From assembly GCA_026986775.1 (NCBI GenBank), contig JALSNX010000028.1:7609-71608 (forward strand): a stretch of DNA of 64,000 nt. The letters run 5' to 3'. Origin of the DNA: a candidate division WOR-3 bacterium (GTDB lineage Bacteria > Hydrothermota > Hydrothermia > UBA1063 > CAJXJZ01). Of the stretch, positions 10,860 to 19,150 are shown piece after piece (positions within the stretch are counted from its first letter, which is position 1; every line of letters begins with the position of its first letter). The position numbers were made by a program, and so were the translations under genes. The notes under the pieces were generated by a model. That model worked only from the letters and a program-made list of their open reading frames with translations. It made no database searches and was not told the DNA's origin.

Positions 10860-11580
10860 TGTTCAGTGCCTCCACAAAAATATCTTCAAGGCGTTTATTT
10901 AAAAGCATGTTCCTTTCTATTTCCTTTATGATTTTACCGCGATTTAAAATGAGAATCCTGTCACACATATCCTCTATGTCTTCAAGAATGTGAGATGTAA
11001 AGAATACTGTTTTGCCTTTATTTTTATGTTCAATTATGAGTTCTTTTGCCATCTTTCTCCCCAGGGGGTCAAGCCCGGAAAGCGGCTCATCTAAAATCAC
11101 AAATTCTGGACTACCAAGGAACGCCTGTGCAAGTCCGAGCCTCTGGACCATACCTTTTGAGTATTTCCTTATGGATTTTTTTTCACTGCCCTGTAAACCC
11201 ACTCTAAAAATTAAAGATTCTATGGTGTCTTTAATTTTTTTACTGTTTACCCCTCTCAATCCTCCTACAAAACTCAAAAACTCAACTGCATTAAGATTTT
11301 CAAAAAACACAGGGTTTTCAGGAAGATATGCTATTCTTCTTTTGATTTTAACATCATGTGTATAAGATCCGAACACCCTAACATTACCCTTATCCGGAAA
11401 TAAAAGTCCGAGCATAATTTTTATAGTTGTACTCTTACCCTGCCCATTAAGCCCAACAAGACCCAGTATTTCTCCCTTCTTTACCCTGAAGGATATGCCA
11501 CTGAGTACCTTCTGCATGGGACCACCAATATCTTTTATCCTGAAGGATTTTTCCACCTCTTTAAACTCAACGATTTTCAT
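10831..11580 (-). CDS. ABC transporter ATP-binding protein (ABC-2 / DrrA-NatA type)
   Basis: 249 aa. Walker A GLNGQGKST, signature YSKGMVQRLGLAQA, Walker B FVILDEP, H-loop TSH. Confidence 0.9.
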   Translation of the reverse strand: MKIVEFKEVEKSFRIKDIGGPMQKVLSGISFRVKKGEILGLVGLNGQGKSTTIKIMLGLLFPDKGNVRVFGSYTHDVKIKRRIAYLPENPVFFENLNAVEFLSFVGGLRGVNSKKIKDTIESLIFRVGLQGSEKKSIRKYSKGMVQRLGLAQAFLGSPEFVILDEPLSGLDPLGRKMAKELIIEHKNKGKTVFFTSHILEDIEDMCDRILILNRGKIIKEIERNMLLNKRLEDIFVEALNNGADAVSHA

Positions 11581-11614
11581 CGCATTCTAAATTATAAGTT
11601 GAAAAATGTGGATA

Positions 11615-11644
11615 TAAAAAAAAGGGGGCCAGAGCCCCCTTTTT
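11615..11644 (-). terminator. Rho-independent (bidirectional) terminator downstream of pilA
   Basis: GGGGGC-cagA-GCCCCC hairpin (11624-11639), flanked by A8 on the plus strand (a U-tract on the minus strand) and T5. Confidence 0.6.
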
Positions 11645-11661
11645 AGCTTCTACAATATTTC

Positions 11662-12168
11662 TTACTGGAGTACCCAGTTGTTACCACTCGGACCTGCTAC
11701 ACCATTAAAGTCATCCTGCTGTGCGACAGAGGCAGGACAGTCACCATCCTGAAGTAGGACATTGACATTTCCGTCAGCCTTATCAAAGTAAATACCCTGC
11801 ACGTCAGAATCTGCACCATAATAGGTATCACCATTTACGTGTTTTGTCACCATGGTGTAACTCACATAATTAGCATCTGTATGTATGGTGATAGAAACCT
11901 TTGTAGAGAGGTTAAATGTCTCTGTATGTGTACCATCACTGATTGTTACCTGGTTAGGTGCAGAAACCACACCGCCAGTGTTGCCATAGCTCTGCCAGTC
12001 AGCAAAGAATGCTTCCTCTGTGGTTCTTGCGTTTCTCAGGTCACTCTCTGCAGAGCCATTGTATGCTCTTATTCTGTATTTTGCGAACTGCGGTATGGCT
12101 ATTGCAGCCAGGATCGCAATGATTGCGATCACGATGAGGAGTTCTATCAGTGTGAACCCTTTCCTCAT
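11662..12168 (-). CDS. pilA: Type IV pilin (major pilin, class III signal peptide)
   Basis: 168 aa. MRKGFTLIELLIVIAIIAILAAIAIP is the canonical prepilin leader, with cleavage after G, an N-methyl-Phe site, and E5. AGGAGGTA RBS about 7 nt upstream. Confidence 0.9.
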   Translation of the reverse strand: MRKGFTLIELLIVIAIIAILAAIAIPQFAKYRIRAYNGSAESDLRNARTTEEAFFADWQSYGNTGGVVSAPNQVTISDGTHTETFNLSTKVSITIHTDANYVSYTMVTKHVNGDTYYGADSDVQGIYFDKADGNVNVLLQDGDCPASVAQQDDFNGVAGPSGNNWVLQ

Positions 12169-12214
12169 GTTAATACCTCCTGTTTGTTTTTATTTTTCAC
12201 TTCACTAATTATAT

Positions 12215-12230
12215 AGCAATCTATATGCCA
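12215..12230 (-). promoter_or_regulatory. Candidate sigma-54 (RpoN) -24/-12 promoter for pilA
   Basis: The minus strand reads TGGCAT-ATAGA-TTGCT. This matches TGGCAC-N5-TTGCW with exact GG-N10-GC spacing, about 47 nt upstream of the pilA ATG. Confidence 0.5.
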
Positions 12231-12314
12231 AATCAAACCCTTATTTTAAAAGCAATTTTAAGGATAATTTCGCATTTTCCACTTGCAGGATGCAACTCGT
12301 ATTGCATTTTGCAA

Positions 12315-13670
12315 TCATTTAATAAGCACCCCCCTATTATAACCTATATAAACCCTGTTATTAAACTCTGCAACGGCTGTAATCCCTTTTACTTCAGGTT
12401 GACCGGGATCAAATGTCTTCCAGTTGCGATGAGCAAAATCGTACATAACAACTCTGTTTGAAGATGCGAGATACACCGAATTATCAGAAGCAACACCGCT
12501 ATGGATGGATAAAAGGTTAAAGGGACTCTTTATAAGATTAATCTTTTTATCTGAAATTATAAATAGTCCCCTCCTTGCCGGCACGTAAATGGCACTATAA
12601 CCCTGAACAATGTAATTGGTTAAAATGGGTTCGTTTTCATAATCAACCTCATTTAAAACAGTATCTTTCAGGGTATAGAGTTTTCCATTCGCAATTAGAT
12701 AAATATCATTAAAAGAGGCAGTGGCATATTTTATAGGCATGATAGAAGTAAAATAGCGCTTTACAGAACCATCATCACTAACTGTAAGTATGCAATTTCG
12801 GGTTGCTATAAAGTTATAGGTTTCGGTATTGAAAGCACAGACAGCATCACCACAGCCTCCATCAAAAGATGTGAAGAAATACGGGTCACTGAGTGTATAA
12901 AAGCCGTTTTTGTTTAAAAGTAAAACGCTTTCACCGATATATAGAAAATCAACAGGACTGAACCCATACTGAAAACAGTCTGTGGAGAGAGAATTTACAT
13001 AATCATCAGAGATCTTCGTCACTCCGGCGGCATGAAGCACGTAAAGGGTATCAAACACTACACCTAACCGATACACAGGAGGCTCTATATTTATATAGAC
13101 TCTCTTTTTCAACTTCTTCATTCTTCTGTCAAATACATATACCCCATTTGCTTTGGTACCAACATAGTCCAGATCATATCCTCCAGCATAACCTGTTGGC
13201 TCAGAAAAAACGTGACAGGGATTTTCATATGTCCTTGTTTTAAGGTACAGGGGCAGAGAACGGGGCTTTGTTAAAAACATGGTATCTATATAAATAGCGG
13301 GCGCAGGCTGGTTAAACTTTGACAGGTATCGCCTGGTACCGTTCTTGTAAAGAAGCATTATTATACCTGCTGAAAACCCCATACCTACAACGCCTCCAAC
13401 CATACCCACCTTTTTTAACGATTCAAAAAAAGGAGAATATACGTAAAGCATTCCGTCTTTTGTAACAAACGCAATCTCACCTGAACGGGAATCATAAGAG
13501 GCAAGACGAACCCATTTTGTGGCATAGGATGAAACAATACCCTCGTTGTTATCATAAACAAAAATCCCGCCATCTGTTGCAGCACAAAATCCTCTGCCTG
13601 TAAACTGCATAGAATTTACATGGGAGAAATCTGCAAGATACAACGTGGCAAATAAGAACAGTTTAATCAT
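12315..13670 (-). CDS. Secreted hypothetical protein, probable beta-propeller fold
   Basis: 451 aa. N-terminal hydrophobic signal, then recurring hydrophobic-Tyr-hydrophobic blade-like strands (VYVFD, LYVLH, FYTLSD, LYTLKD, VYLASS, VYIGY). No catalytic motifs recognised. Confidence 0.5.
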   Translation of the reverse strand: MIKLFLFATLYLADFSHVNSMQFTGRGFCAATDGGIFVYDNNEGIVSSYATKWVRLASYDSRSGEIAFVTKDGMLYVYSPFFESLKKVGMVGGVVGMGFSAGIIMLLYKNGTRRYLSKFNQPAPAIYIDTMFLTKPRSLPLYLKTRTYENPCHVFSEPTGYAGGYDLDYVGTKANGVYVFDRRMKKLKKRVYINIEPPVYRLGVVFDTLYVLHAAGVTKISDDYVNSLSTDCFQYGFSPVDFLYIGESVLLLNKNGFYTLSDPYFFTSFDGGCGDAVCAFNTETYNFIATRNCILTVSDDGSVKRYFTSIMPIKYATASFNDIYLIANGKLYTLKDTVLNEVDYENEPILTNYIVQGYSAIYVPARRGLFIISDKKINLIKSPFNLLSIHSGVASDNSVYLASSNRVVMYDFAHRNWKTFDPGQPEVKGITAVAEFNNRVYIGYNRGVLIK

Positions 13671-15150
13671 TCAAAACTCCCATTGCTTTATGTATGTTTT
13701 CCACAAGGTCATGTGGAACATAGTAGGGACCATTCATCTCCTCATACAGAATATCTCCTAAAAGTGCATGAATAAAGACTCCTGCAAGGAGCGCATTGGA
13801 TAAGTCATCTGTCTGAACCAGAAGTCCCCCTATTATACCTGAAAGCACATCACCACTTCCACCCTTCCCAAGCCCCTCATTTCCAAGAACATTCACGTAA
13901 TTTCCATAAGATGTTGATAAAATTGTGGGATTTCCTTTTAAAACCACTTCAAATCCTGTTCGTTCTCTAAGTTTCAATGCAAACGCAAACCTTTCTCTGT
14001 CAATATCATGTGGAGGCGATTTAACAAGAAGTGCAGCCTCACCGGGATGAGGGGTAATGGCAACCTTATCCCTTTTTTCAATATGTTTTAATTCAGAAAG
14101 AGTCCATATGCCATCAGCATCAACAATCAGGGGCAAATCTTTTTTAGCTAAAAGCATCTTTAAAATGTTTACGGTATCATCCCTTCTGCCAACACCCGGA
14201 CCAAATACCACTCCATCAGGCTCAAATTCTCCAATAAGTCTTTCTATGTCACTATAATTCTCGTATGAAACTACCACAGGGTCTATAATTTTAGCGCTAA
14301 CCTGTGTATATACCTCTTTTCGCACAGCAAGATACACCAATCCCGCACCTATTTTCTGGGCTGCATCTGCCACAAGTTGCGGTGCACCTGTATATCCCGA
14401 TGAGCCTGCAATAACCAGAAGTTTCCCGTTTTTCCCTTTATGTTCATTACCCAGTTTAAAGGGAAGATAAAACTCCTCTTCATCAAGAAGCCTGAAAGGA
14501 GGTTCAAACGGTATATTGTATGGCACACCTATGTCTATTACGTAGATTTCGCCAGCGTAAAACCTTCCCGGATACAAAAGCAATCCTCTTTTCGGAAAAG
14601 CCATTGTTCCCGTAATATCTGCCAAAACAGCGGTTTTACCGACCATGCCTGTAAGTCCATTTACACCACTCGGAATATCCACTGAGACAACACATGCATC
14701 CTGCTGGTTTATTACATCTATCAAATCTGCAATCTCCCCCTTTACCTCACCCTTAAAGCCAGTTCCAAAAATCGCATCCACAATGATATCAGCCTCTTTC
14801 AGATATGCCATGTCAAAATCATGAAGTTTTACTACTTCTCCGCCCAGTTTTTTGAAGAGTAAATAATTTTTCCTTGCCTCACCTTTAAGTTTTGAAAATT
14901 TACCCGTAAACACCACAAGAACCTTATATCCCCTGTTTAAAAGGTATCTTGCAACAACAAACCCATCTCCTCCATTATTGCCGCCACCTGCGCATACTAT
15001 TACCTTATCACCTTCACACTCCGATTCAATTATCTCCACTATACCTCTACCTGCGGATTCCATCAGAGTAAACCCTGGAATGCCAAACTCTTTTATGGTC
15101 CATCTGTCAATCTCTCTCATTTCATCCGGGGTTAAAACAAAAGTTCCCAT
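13663..15150 (-). CDS. nnr: Bifunctional NAD(P)H-hydrate repair enzyme (epimerase/dehydratase)
   Basis: 495 aa. YjeF-N domain (VIVCAGGGNNGGDGFVVARYL) plus a C-terminal carbohydrate-kinase-like dehydratase domain (GKGGSGDVLSG). Confidence 0.85.
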   Translation of the reverse strand: MGTFVLTPDEMREIDRWTIKEFGIPGFTLMESAGRGIVEIIESECEGDKVIVCAGGGNNGGDGFVVARYLLNRGYKVLVVFTGKFSKLKGEARKNYLLFKKLGGEVVKLHDFDMAYLKEADIIVDAIFGTGFKGEVKGEIADLIDVINQQDACVVSVDIPSGVNGLTGMVGKTAVLADITGTMAFPKRGLLLYPGRFYAGEIYVIDIGVPYNIPFEPPFRLLDEEEFYLPFKLGNEHKGKNGKLLVIAGSSGYTGAPQLVADAAQKIGAGLVYLAVRKEVYTQVSAKIIDPVVVSYENYSDIERLIGEFEPDGVVFGPGVGRRDDTVNILKMLLAKKDLPLIVDADGIWTLSELKHIEKRDKVAITPHPGEAALLVKSPPHDIDRERFAFALKLRERTGFEVVLKGNPTILSTSYGNYVNVLGNEGLGKGGSGDVLSGIIGGLLVQTDDLSNALLAGVFIHALLGDILYEEMNGPYYVPHDLVENIHKAMGVLND

Positions 15151-15599
15151 ATTCCCTCCTTCTTCAACCTCTTTATCATTAAATCTATATGTGAACCTCT
15201 CCAGTAAATTTTATTGCATACTGGACAGAACTTAAACTCATTGAAGTTCTTATAAGTGAAATAGGGCACTTTACCCCTTACATTTTCATGGGGAATGTCC
15301 AAAAGAGGTGCATTACATTTTGAACATCTCGTAAGTATGCGGGGTTCTCTGATATTAAAATGCTTTATTACATCCTTTAGTTGTTCAAACAGAAAATCAC
15401 TTTCAAGCACATATACATTTTTATAAGGAAGGCGATTGAACTCTGTATTTCTCGTAAGAATAACCCTGTTTTCCGCATCAGCTATTTTTAAAAGTGCATC
15501 AGGTTCATGAAAATGCGTTGATTCTGTGTCCTGCCCGAGAAATCTCAACCATTTTGCAAGTTTGAGGACAGTAGCATCGCATAAAAACTTAAAACTCAT
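15132..15599 (-). CDS. Mut7-C RNase domain protein (PF01927-like) with C-terminal zinc ribbon
   Basis: 155 aa. FLCDATVLKLAKWLRFLGQD matches the Mut7-C (DUF82) N-terminal consensus. CxxC...CxxC at the C-terminus. Confidence 0.65.
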   Translation of the reverse strand: MSFKFLCDATVLKLAKWLRFLGQDTESTHFHEPDALLKIADAENRVILTRNTEFNRLPYKNVYVLESDFLFEQLKDVIKHFNIREPRILTRCSKCNAPLLDIPHENVRGKVPYFTYKNFNEFKFCPVCNKIYWRGSHIDLMIKRLKKEGIWELLF

Positions 15600-16368
15600 G
15601 CTGAAGTTTTATGAGTATCTCCCTGAATAAAAATGCTGCCTTTGTGGCTGAATTTGTGGAGTGGTCCATAAGAGGTGAAAATTCCACTATGTCCGCTGCC
15701 ATAATGTTTTTAAGTAGCAGTATCTCATCCAAAATTTCCATTATTCCCTTTCCTCCCGGTTCTGGATTCGTAACGCCGGGAAATTCGGATGGATTGATTA
15801 CATCAAGGTCTAAAGTGAGATAAACTGGAGTTTTTATGTTCAAAAGCTCATTTCTGTAGTCTTCCCATGCGTAAAAGATATTTTTACTTTTTTCTTCGCA
15901 CGGTGCCTTTGTTCTAACTCCAACTGTAATTACATTCTCTTTGCCAATGAGTTTTTCCACGTGATACATGAAGGTTGCATGGTTATAAACCTCTTTTTCA
16001 AACTCAGGACGTCTGTCCATGTGTGCATCAAAATGCACCACCGTAAAATTAAGGTCAAGTTCTTCTTTCAAATATACGATTAGAGGGAAGGTAATAAAAT
16101 GGTCTCCCCCCAGTGCAACAAAAGGAGGAAATAGTTTTATGTCTTTTAACTTTTCTATAAGAAAATCCGCAAAATACTTTCCCTTTATATCAAGGGGCGG
16201 ATAAAAGTCTGAAAGGTCGTGGTATTCTTTAAGTTCTCTTTCCTGAATAACAGAGTAGTATTCTAAAGATGAAAGATGGTACCTTATAAAACCTGGTGCA
16301 AGTGCTGCACCTTTCTGGAAATTTTCACTGCCCTCATAGGGTATGCCAAATACACTAACCAATGGCAT
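15589..16368 (-). CDS. speB: Agmatinase / ureohydrolase (arginase family)
   Basis: 259 aa. Mn-binding motifs GGDHFITFP, HFDAHMD, DLDVINP, SEFPGVTNPEPGG. Confidence 0.85.
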   Translation of the reverse strand: MPLVSVFGIPYEGSENFQKGAALAPGFIRYHLSSLEYYSVIQERELKEYHDLSDFYPPLDIKGKYFADFLIEKLKDIKLFPPFVALGGDHFITFPLIVYLKEELDLNFTVVHFDAHMDRRPEFEKEVYNHATFMYHVEKLIGKENVITVGVRTKAPCEEKSKNIFYAWEDYRNELLNIKTPVYLTLDLDVINPSEFPGVTNPEPGGKGIMEILDEILLLKNIMAADIVEFSPLMDHSTNSATKAAFLFREILIKLQHEF

Positions 16369-17173
16369 TTTTTATAAACTCCGGAAGGGCAAAGAGATGT
16401 TCCTGTATGCTTTTATTGTAGTATTTCAGTCCTTCAGGTATATAATCTCTTTTCACAACAAGTTCCGTATCCGTGGCAATGGTAAAACTCCAGAATCCCC
16501 CTGGATACGTGGGAACTGGAGCAAGATAAAGTTTTACCTCTTTAAAGAGTCTCTTAAGGTTCTTAATCTGCTCTTTTATAACACCAAGATGATACCATGG
16601 AGATTCAGATTGAAAAACTACAATGCCATCATCTTTTAAATTCTTTTTAATGCTTTTATAAAAATCAAGCGAGTAAAGGGCAACAGCCGGACCTACAGGA
16701 TCAGAAGAGTCAACAAAGAGAAGGTCAAACCTTTCATTTCTTTCATTTAAATATTTTACACCGTCCTCATAGTAAATACTGACTCTCTCATCTTTCAGAC
16801 GGGATGATGTAAACTCAAGGTATCTCTCGCTAACTTCAACCACCATCTTATCTATTTCTATGAGCAAAACAGATTCCACATCTGGATATTTAAGTATCTC
16901 TCTTACAGTGCCTCCATCCCCGCCCCCTATAACCCCAGCCTTTTTAACCTGTTCCTTAAAAGAAAAGGCAGGATGAACAAGCATTTCATGATAAACAAAT
17001 TCATCACGCTCTGTAAGCATCACAAGACCATCAAGAACCAGCATCCTGCCAAAAGTTTCTGTCTCAAAAACCTTTATTTCCTGATATGGAGACTTCGCAG
17101 AAAAGAGTTCCCTTTTTATTTTGAATATTATACCCGTTCCTTTATCGTGGAATTCTGTGAAGAACTGGTTCAT
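16355..17173 (-). CDS. speE: Polyamine aminopropyltransferase (spermidine synthase family), copy 1
   Basis: 272 aa. VIGGGDGGTVREILKY, LIEIDKMVV, FDLLFVDSSDPVGPA. Confidence 0.85.
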   Translation of the reverse strand: MNQFFTEFHDKGTGIIFKIKRELFSAKSPYQEIKVFETETFGRMLVLDGLVMLTERDEFVYHEMLVHPAFSFKEQVKKAGVIGGGDGGTVREILKYPDVESVLLIEIDKMVVEVSERYLEFTSSRLKDERVSIYYEDGVKYLNERNERFDLLFVDSSDPVGPAVALYSLDFYKSIKKNLKDDGIVVFQSESPWYHLGVIKEQIKNLKRLFKEVKLYLAPVPTYPGGFWSFTIATDTELVVKRDYIPEGLKYYNKSIQEHLFALPEFIKNAIG

Positions 17174-17661
17174 TAAAAAAGCGCCACTCCTGCAAACACT
17201 GACACTATACCTTCTACTTTCCTTGATATGGTTTTCACCTTTATCTCTTTAACCTTTATACCCCTCATTTCCATGGCATCTTCAGCCATTTGAATAAGAA
17301 GTTTTTCCGCATCCTTTTCTGAGAGATACCCCGAATACTCCATTATCACACCATGCTCCATGGAATTTTCTGGAATGGCTACAGAAATGCCAGCGGTAAT
17401 GAGAGTGCCTTCCTCGGAGCTTTCAATACTTCCATAGGCAATTGGTAGCAGGCTACCTGCAGGAAGGGCTATGGAATTTTGCTCCCTTGCGCCTGGTGGT
17501 AAAATGCTGGATACTCTTATGAGATTGTATCTTGAAATACCAGCATCGTGTAATGCTGCATCAAAGGCATTAAGGTGGGTTCTGCCTCTGCCACTGCCTG
17601 ACACTATTATGAAATTTTCAGGCTTTCCAAACATAGGGCTTTTTGTCTGTAATGATAGCAC
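17173..17661 (-). CDS. pdaD: Pyruvoyl-dependent arginine decarboxylase
   Basis: 162 aa. IVSGSGRG, NAFDAAL, ISRYNLIRVSSILPPG are characteristic of the PdaD family. The true start may be the internal Met (MFGKPENF). Confidence 0.75.
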   Translation of the reverse strand: MLSLQTKSPMFGKPENFIIVSGSGRGRTHLNAFDAALHDAGISRYNLIRVSSILPPGAREQNSIALPAGSLLPIAYGSIESSEEGTLITAGISVAIPENSMEHGVIMEYSGYLSEKDAEKLLIQMAEDAMEMRGIKVKEIKVKTISRKVEGIVSVFAGVALF

Positions 17662-18532
17662 CTTCTCTCATACTCTTTTTCATATATGGAGGAAGAACAG
17701 TCTTTGCAAAAAAGTATTCCGGGGTAAAGTAGTGTATCCTGTCCTTCAAAGCAGCAAATCGCTTTATCATGTCGTTTTTTCTCTCATTGAGCGCGTATTT
17801 CTTTGAAGCGATAAGAAATGCCCAGTTGAGCTGGAATGAAAATATATATTCATGATAACCGAATACAACAGGGAAAACCTCTTTCAATGTGGCACTAAGG
17901 GCTGATATAAACTCTGTGTACAGGTATTCTGCACTGCCTGCCTGCGCCACAAATACAGCATCAGGCGACATTCTGTCCTTCAGTATCTCATAAAAGTCCT
18001 TTGTGAAGAGGTATATGGCAGGTCCCTCCTCTACGGGCTCTGTAAGGTCGGATATAACCACATCAAAAGGCTCTCCACTGTATTCTTCCACAAATTTCCT
18101 TGCATCCTGAAATAAAACAATGCTTCTTTTGTCATCAAAACTACCATCATGCCACGAAGGCAGATACTCTTTGCACATTTTTACAAGTTCTTCATCAATG
18201 TCAACCATGTAAACTTTTTCAACTGGATGTTTTAAAACCTCCCTCAGGGTTGCGCCCTCTCCCCCGCCCATTATAAGGACATTTCGCGGTGCCGGATGAA
18301 GAAGCATTGCAGGATGAACAAGCATATCATGGTAAATATGCTCATCTATTTCTGCTGACTGCAATTTCCCATCAAGAAAAAGGGTTCTACCAAATGCAAA
18401 GAGATCAAGTATTTCAGCATACTGATACATTGTCTTTTTACCTGCCACATACCTCTTCACACGATACTGAAATCTTAAACCTTCAGTGTACGGCTCTTCA
18501 AACCACAAATTACTGTCCGGGTCCTTATCCAT
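17618..18532 (-). CDS. Polyamine aminopropyltransferase (spermidine synthase family), copy 2
   Basis: 304 aa. WFEE N-terminal motif, MGGGEGATLREVLKH, VYMVDIDEELV, DVVISDLTEP. Confidence 0.8.
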   Translation of the reverse strand: MDKDPDSNLWFEEPYTEGLRFQYRVKRYVAGKKTMYQYAEILDLFAFGRTLFLDGKLQSAEIDEHIYHDMLVHPAMLLHPAPRNVLIMGGGEGATLREVLKHPVEKVYMVDIDEELVKMCKEYLPSWHDGSFDDKRSIVLFQDARKFVEEYSGEPFDVVISDLTEPVEEGPAIYLFTKDFYEILKDRMSPDAVFVAQAGSAEYLYTEFISALSATLKEVFPVVFGYHEYIFSFQLNWAFLIASKKYALNERKNDMIKRFAALKDRIHYFTPEYFFAKTVLPPYMKKSMREGAIITDKKPYVWKA

Positions 18533-18544
18533 ACACTTCCTACC

Positions 18545-18949
18545 TTACACGTATGCTTCTTCCTTAACTGAATCAGCATATTTGTACATGTCCTGCTCGC
18601 GGAAAACTCCACGCTTCATTTCCATTACAGTCATATGTCCCGGTCTGAAGTACTTTTCAAAGAGTTTTAAAGCCACATCTATATCAACATCATCAGAGCA
18701 GTAGAAATAATCTACAGCAGCATAACCATGTTCAGGCCATGTGTGTATTGAAAGATGGGATTCTTCTATTATAACCACACCTGAGACTCCATGTGGCTGG
18801 AACTGATGGAAGAATGAACCGAGGGCGTGGGCATTGGATTTTTTTGCTATATCAAGGAATGCTCTCTCAACCTGATCCTTATTTTTGAGGGTTTCAGGAT
18901 CACAATCATACATTTCTATTATTACATGCACCCCAAGGGCTTTTTTCAA
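18545..18949 (-). CDS. speD: S-adenosylmethionine decarboxylase proenzyme (small bacterial/archaeal type)
   Basis: 134 aa. Self-cleavage and active-site region IEESHLSIHTWPE. GGAGGTG RBS. Confidence 0.85.
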   Translation of the reverse strand: MKKALGVHVIIEMYDCDPETLKNKDQVERAFLDIAKKSNAHALGSFFHQFQPHGVSGVVIIEESHLSIHTWPEHGYAAVDYFYCSDDVDIDVALKLFEKYFRPGHMTVMEMKRGVFREQDMYKYADSVKEEAYV

Positions 18950-19150
18950 TTATCCACCTCCTTTTTTTGTTTTACACATTCACCAGTTATCCAGATAAAG
19001 CCTGCCCAGGTACAAACAGCATCGGGCATACTCACACATTATATCACCTCCCTTTCTTTGTGAGTATTTTATTATAGAAAACCATGCCTGCACGGTCAAG
19101 GAAACTCTGAAAATACACGTTGTTTAGATCTCAAAAATGGATGTGCGAAT

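Noticed and set aside
18950-19150. 200-nt intergenic leader upstream of speD considered as a possible riboswitch or regulatory RNA
   Set aside because: No recognisable conserved riboswitch core (for example SAM-I/II) or stable multi-stem structure was seen by eye. It most likely contains only the promoter and the GGAGGTG RBS. This cannot be excluded without covariance-model scanning.
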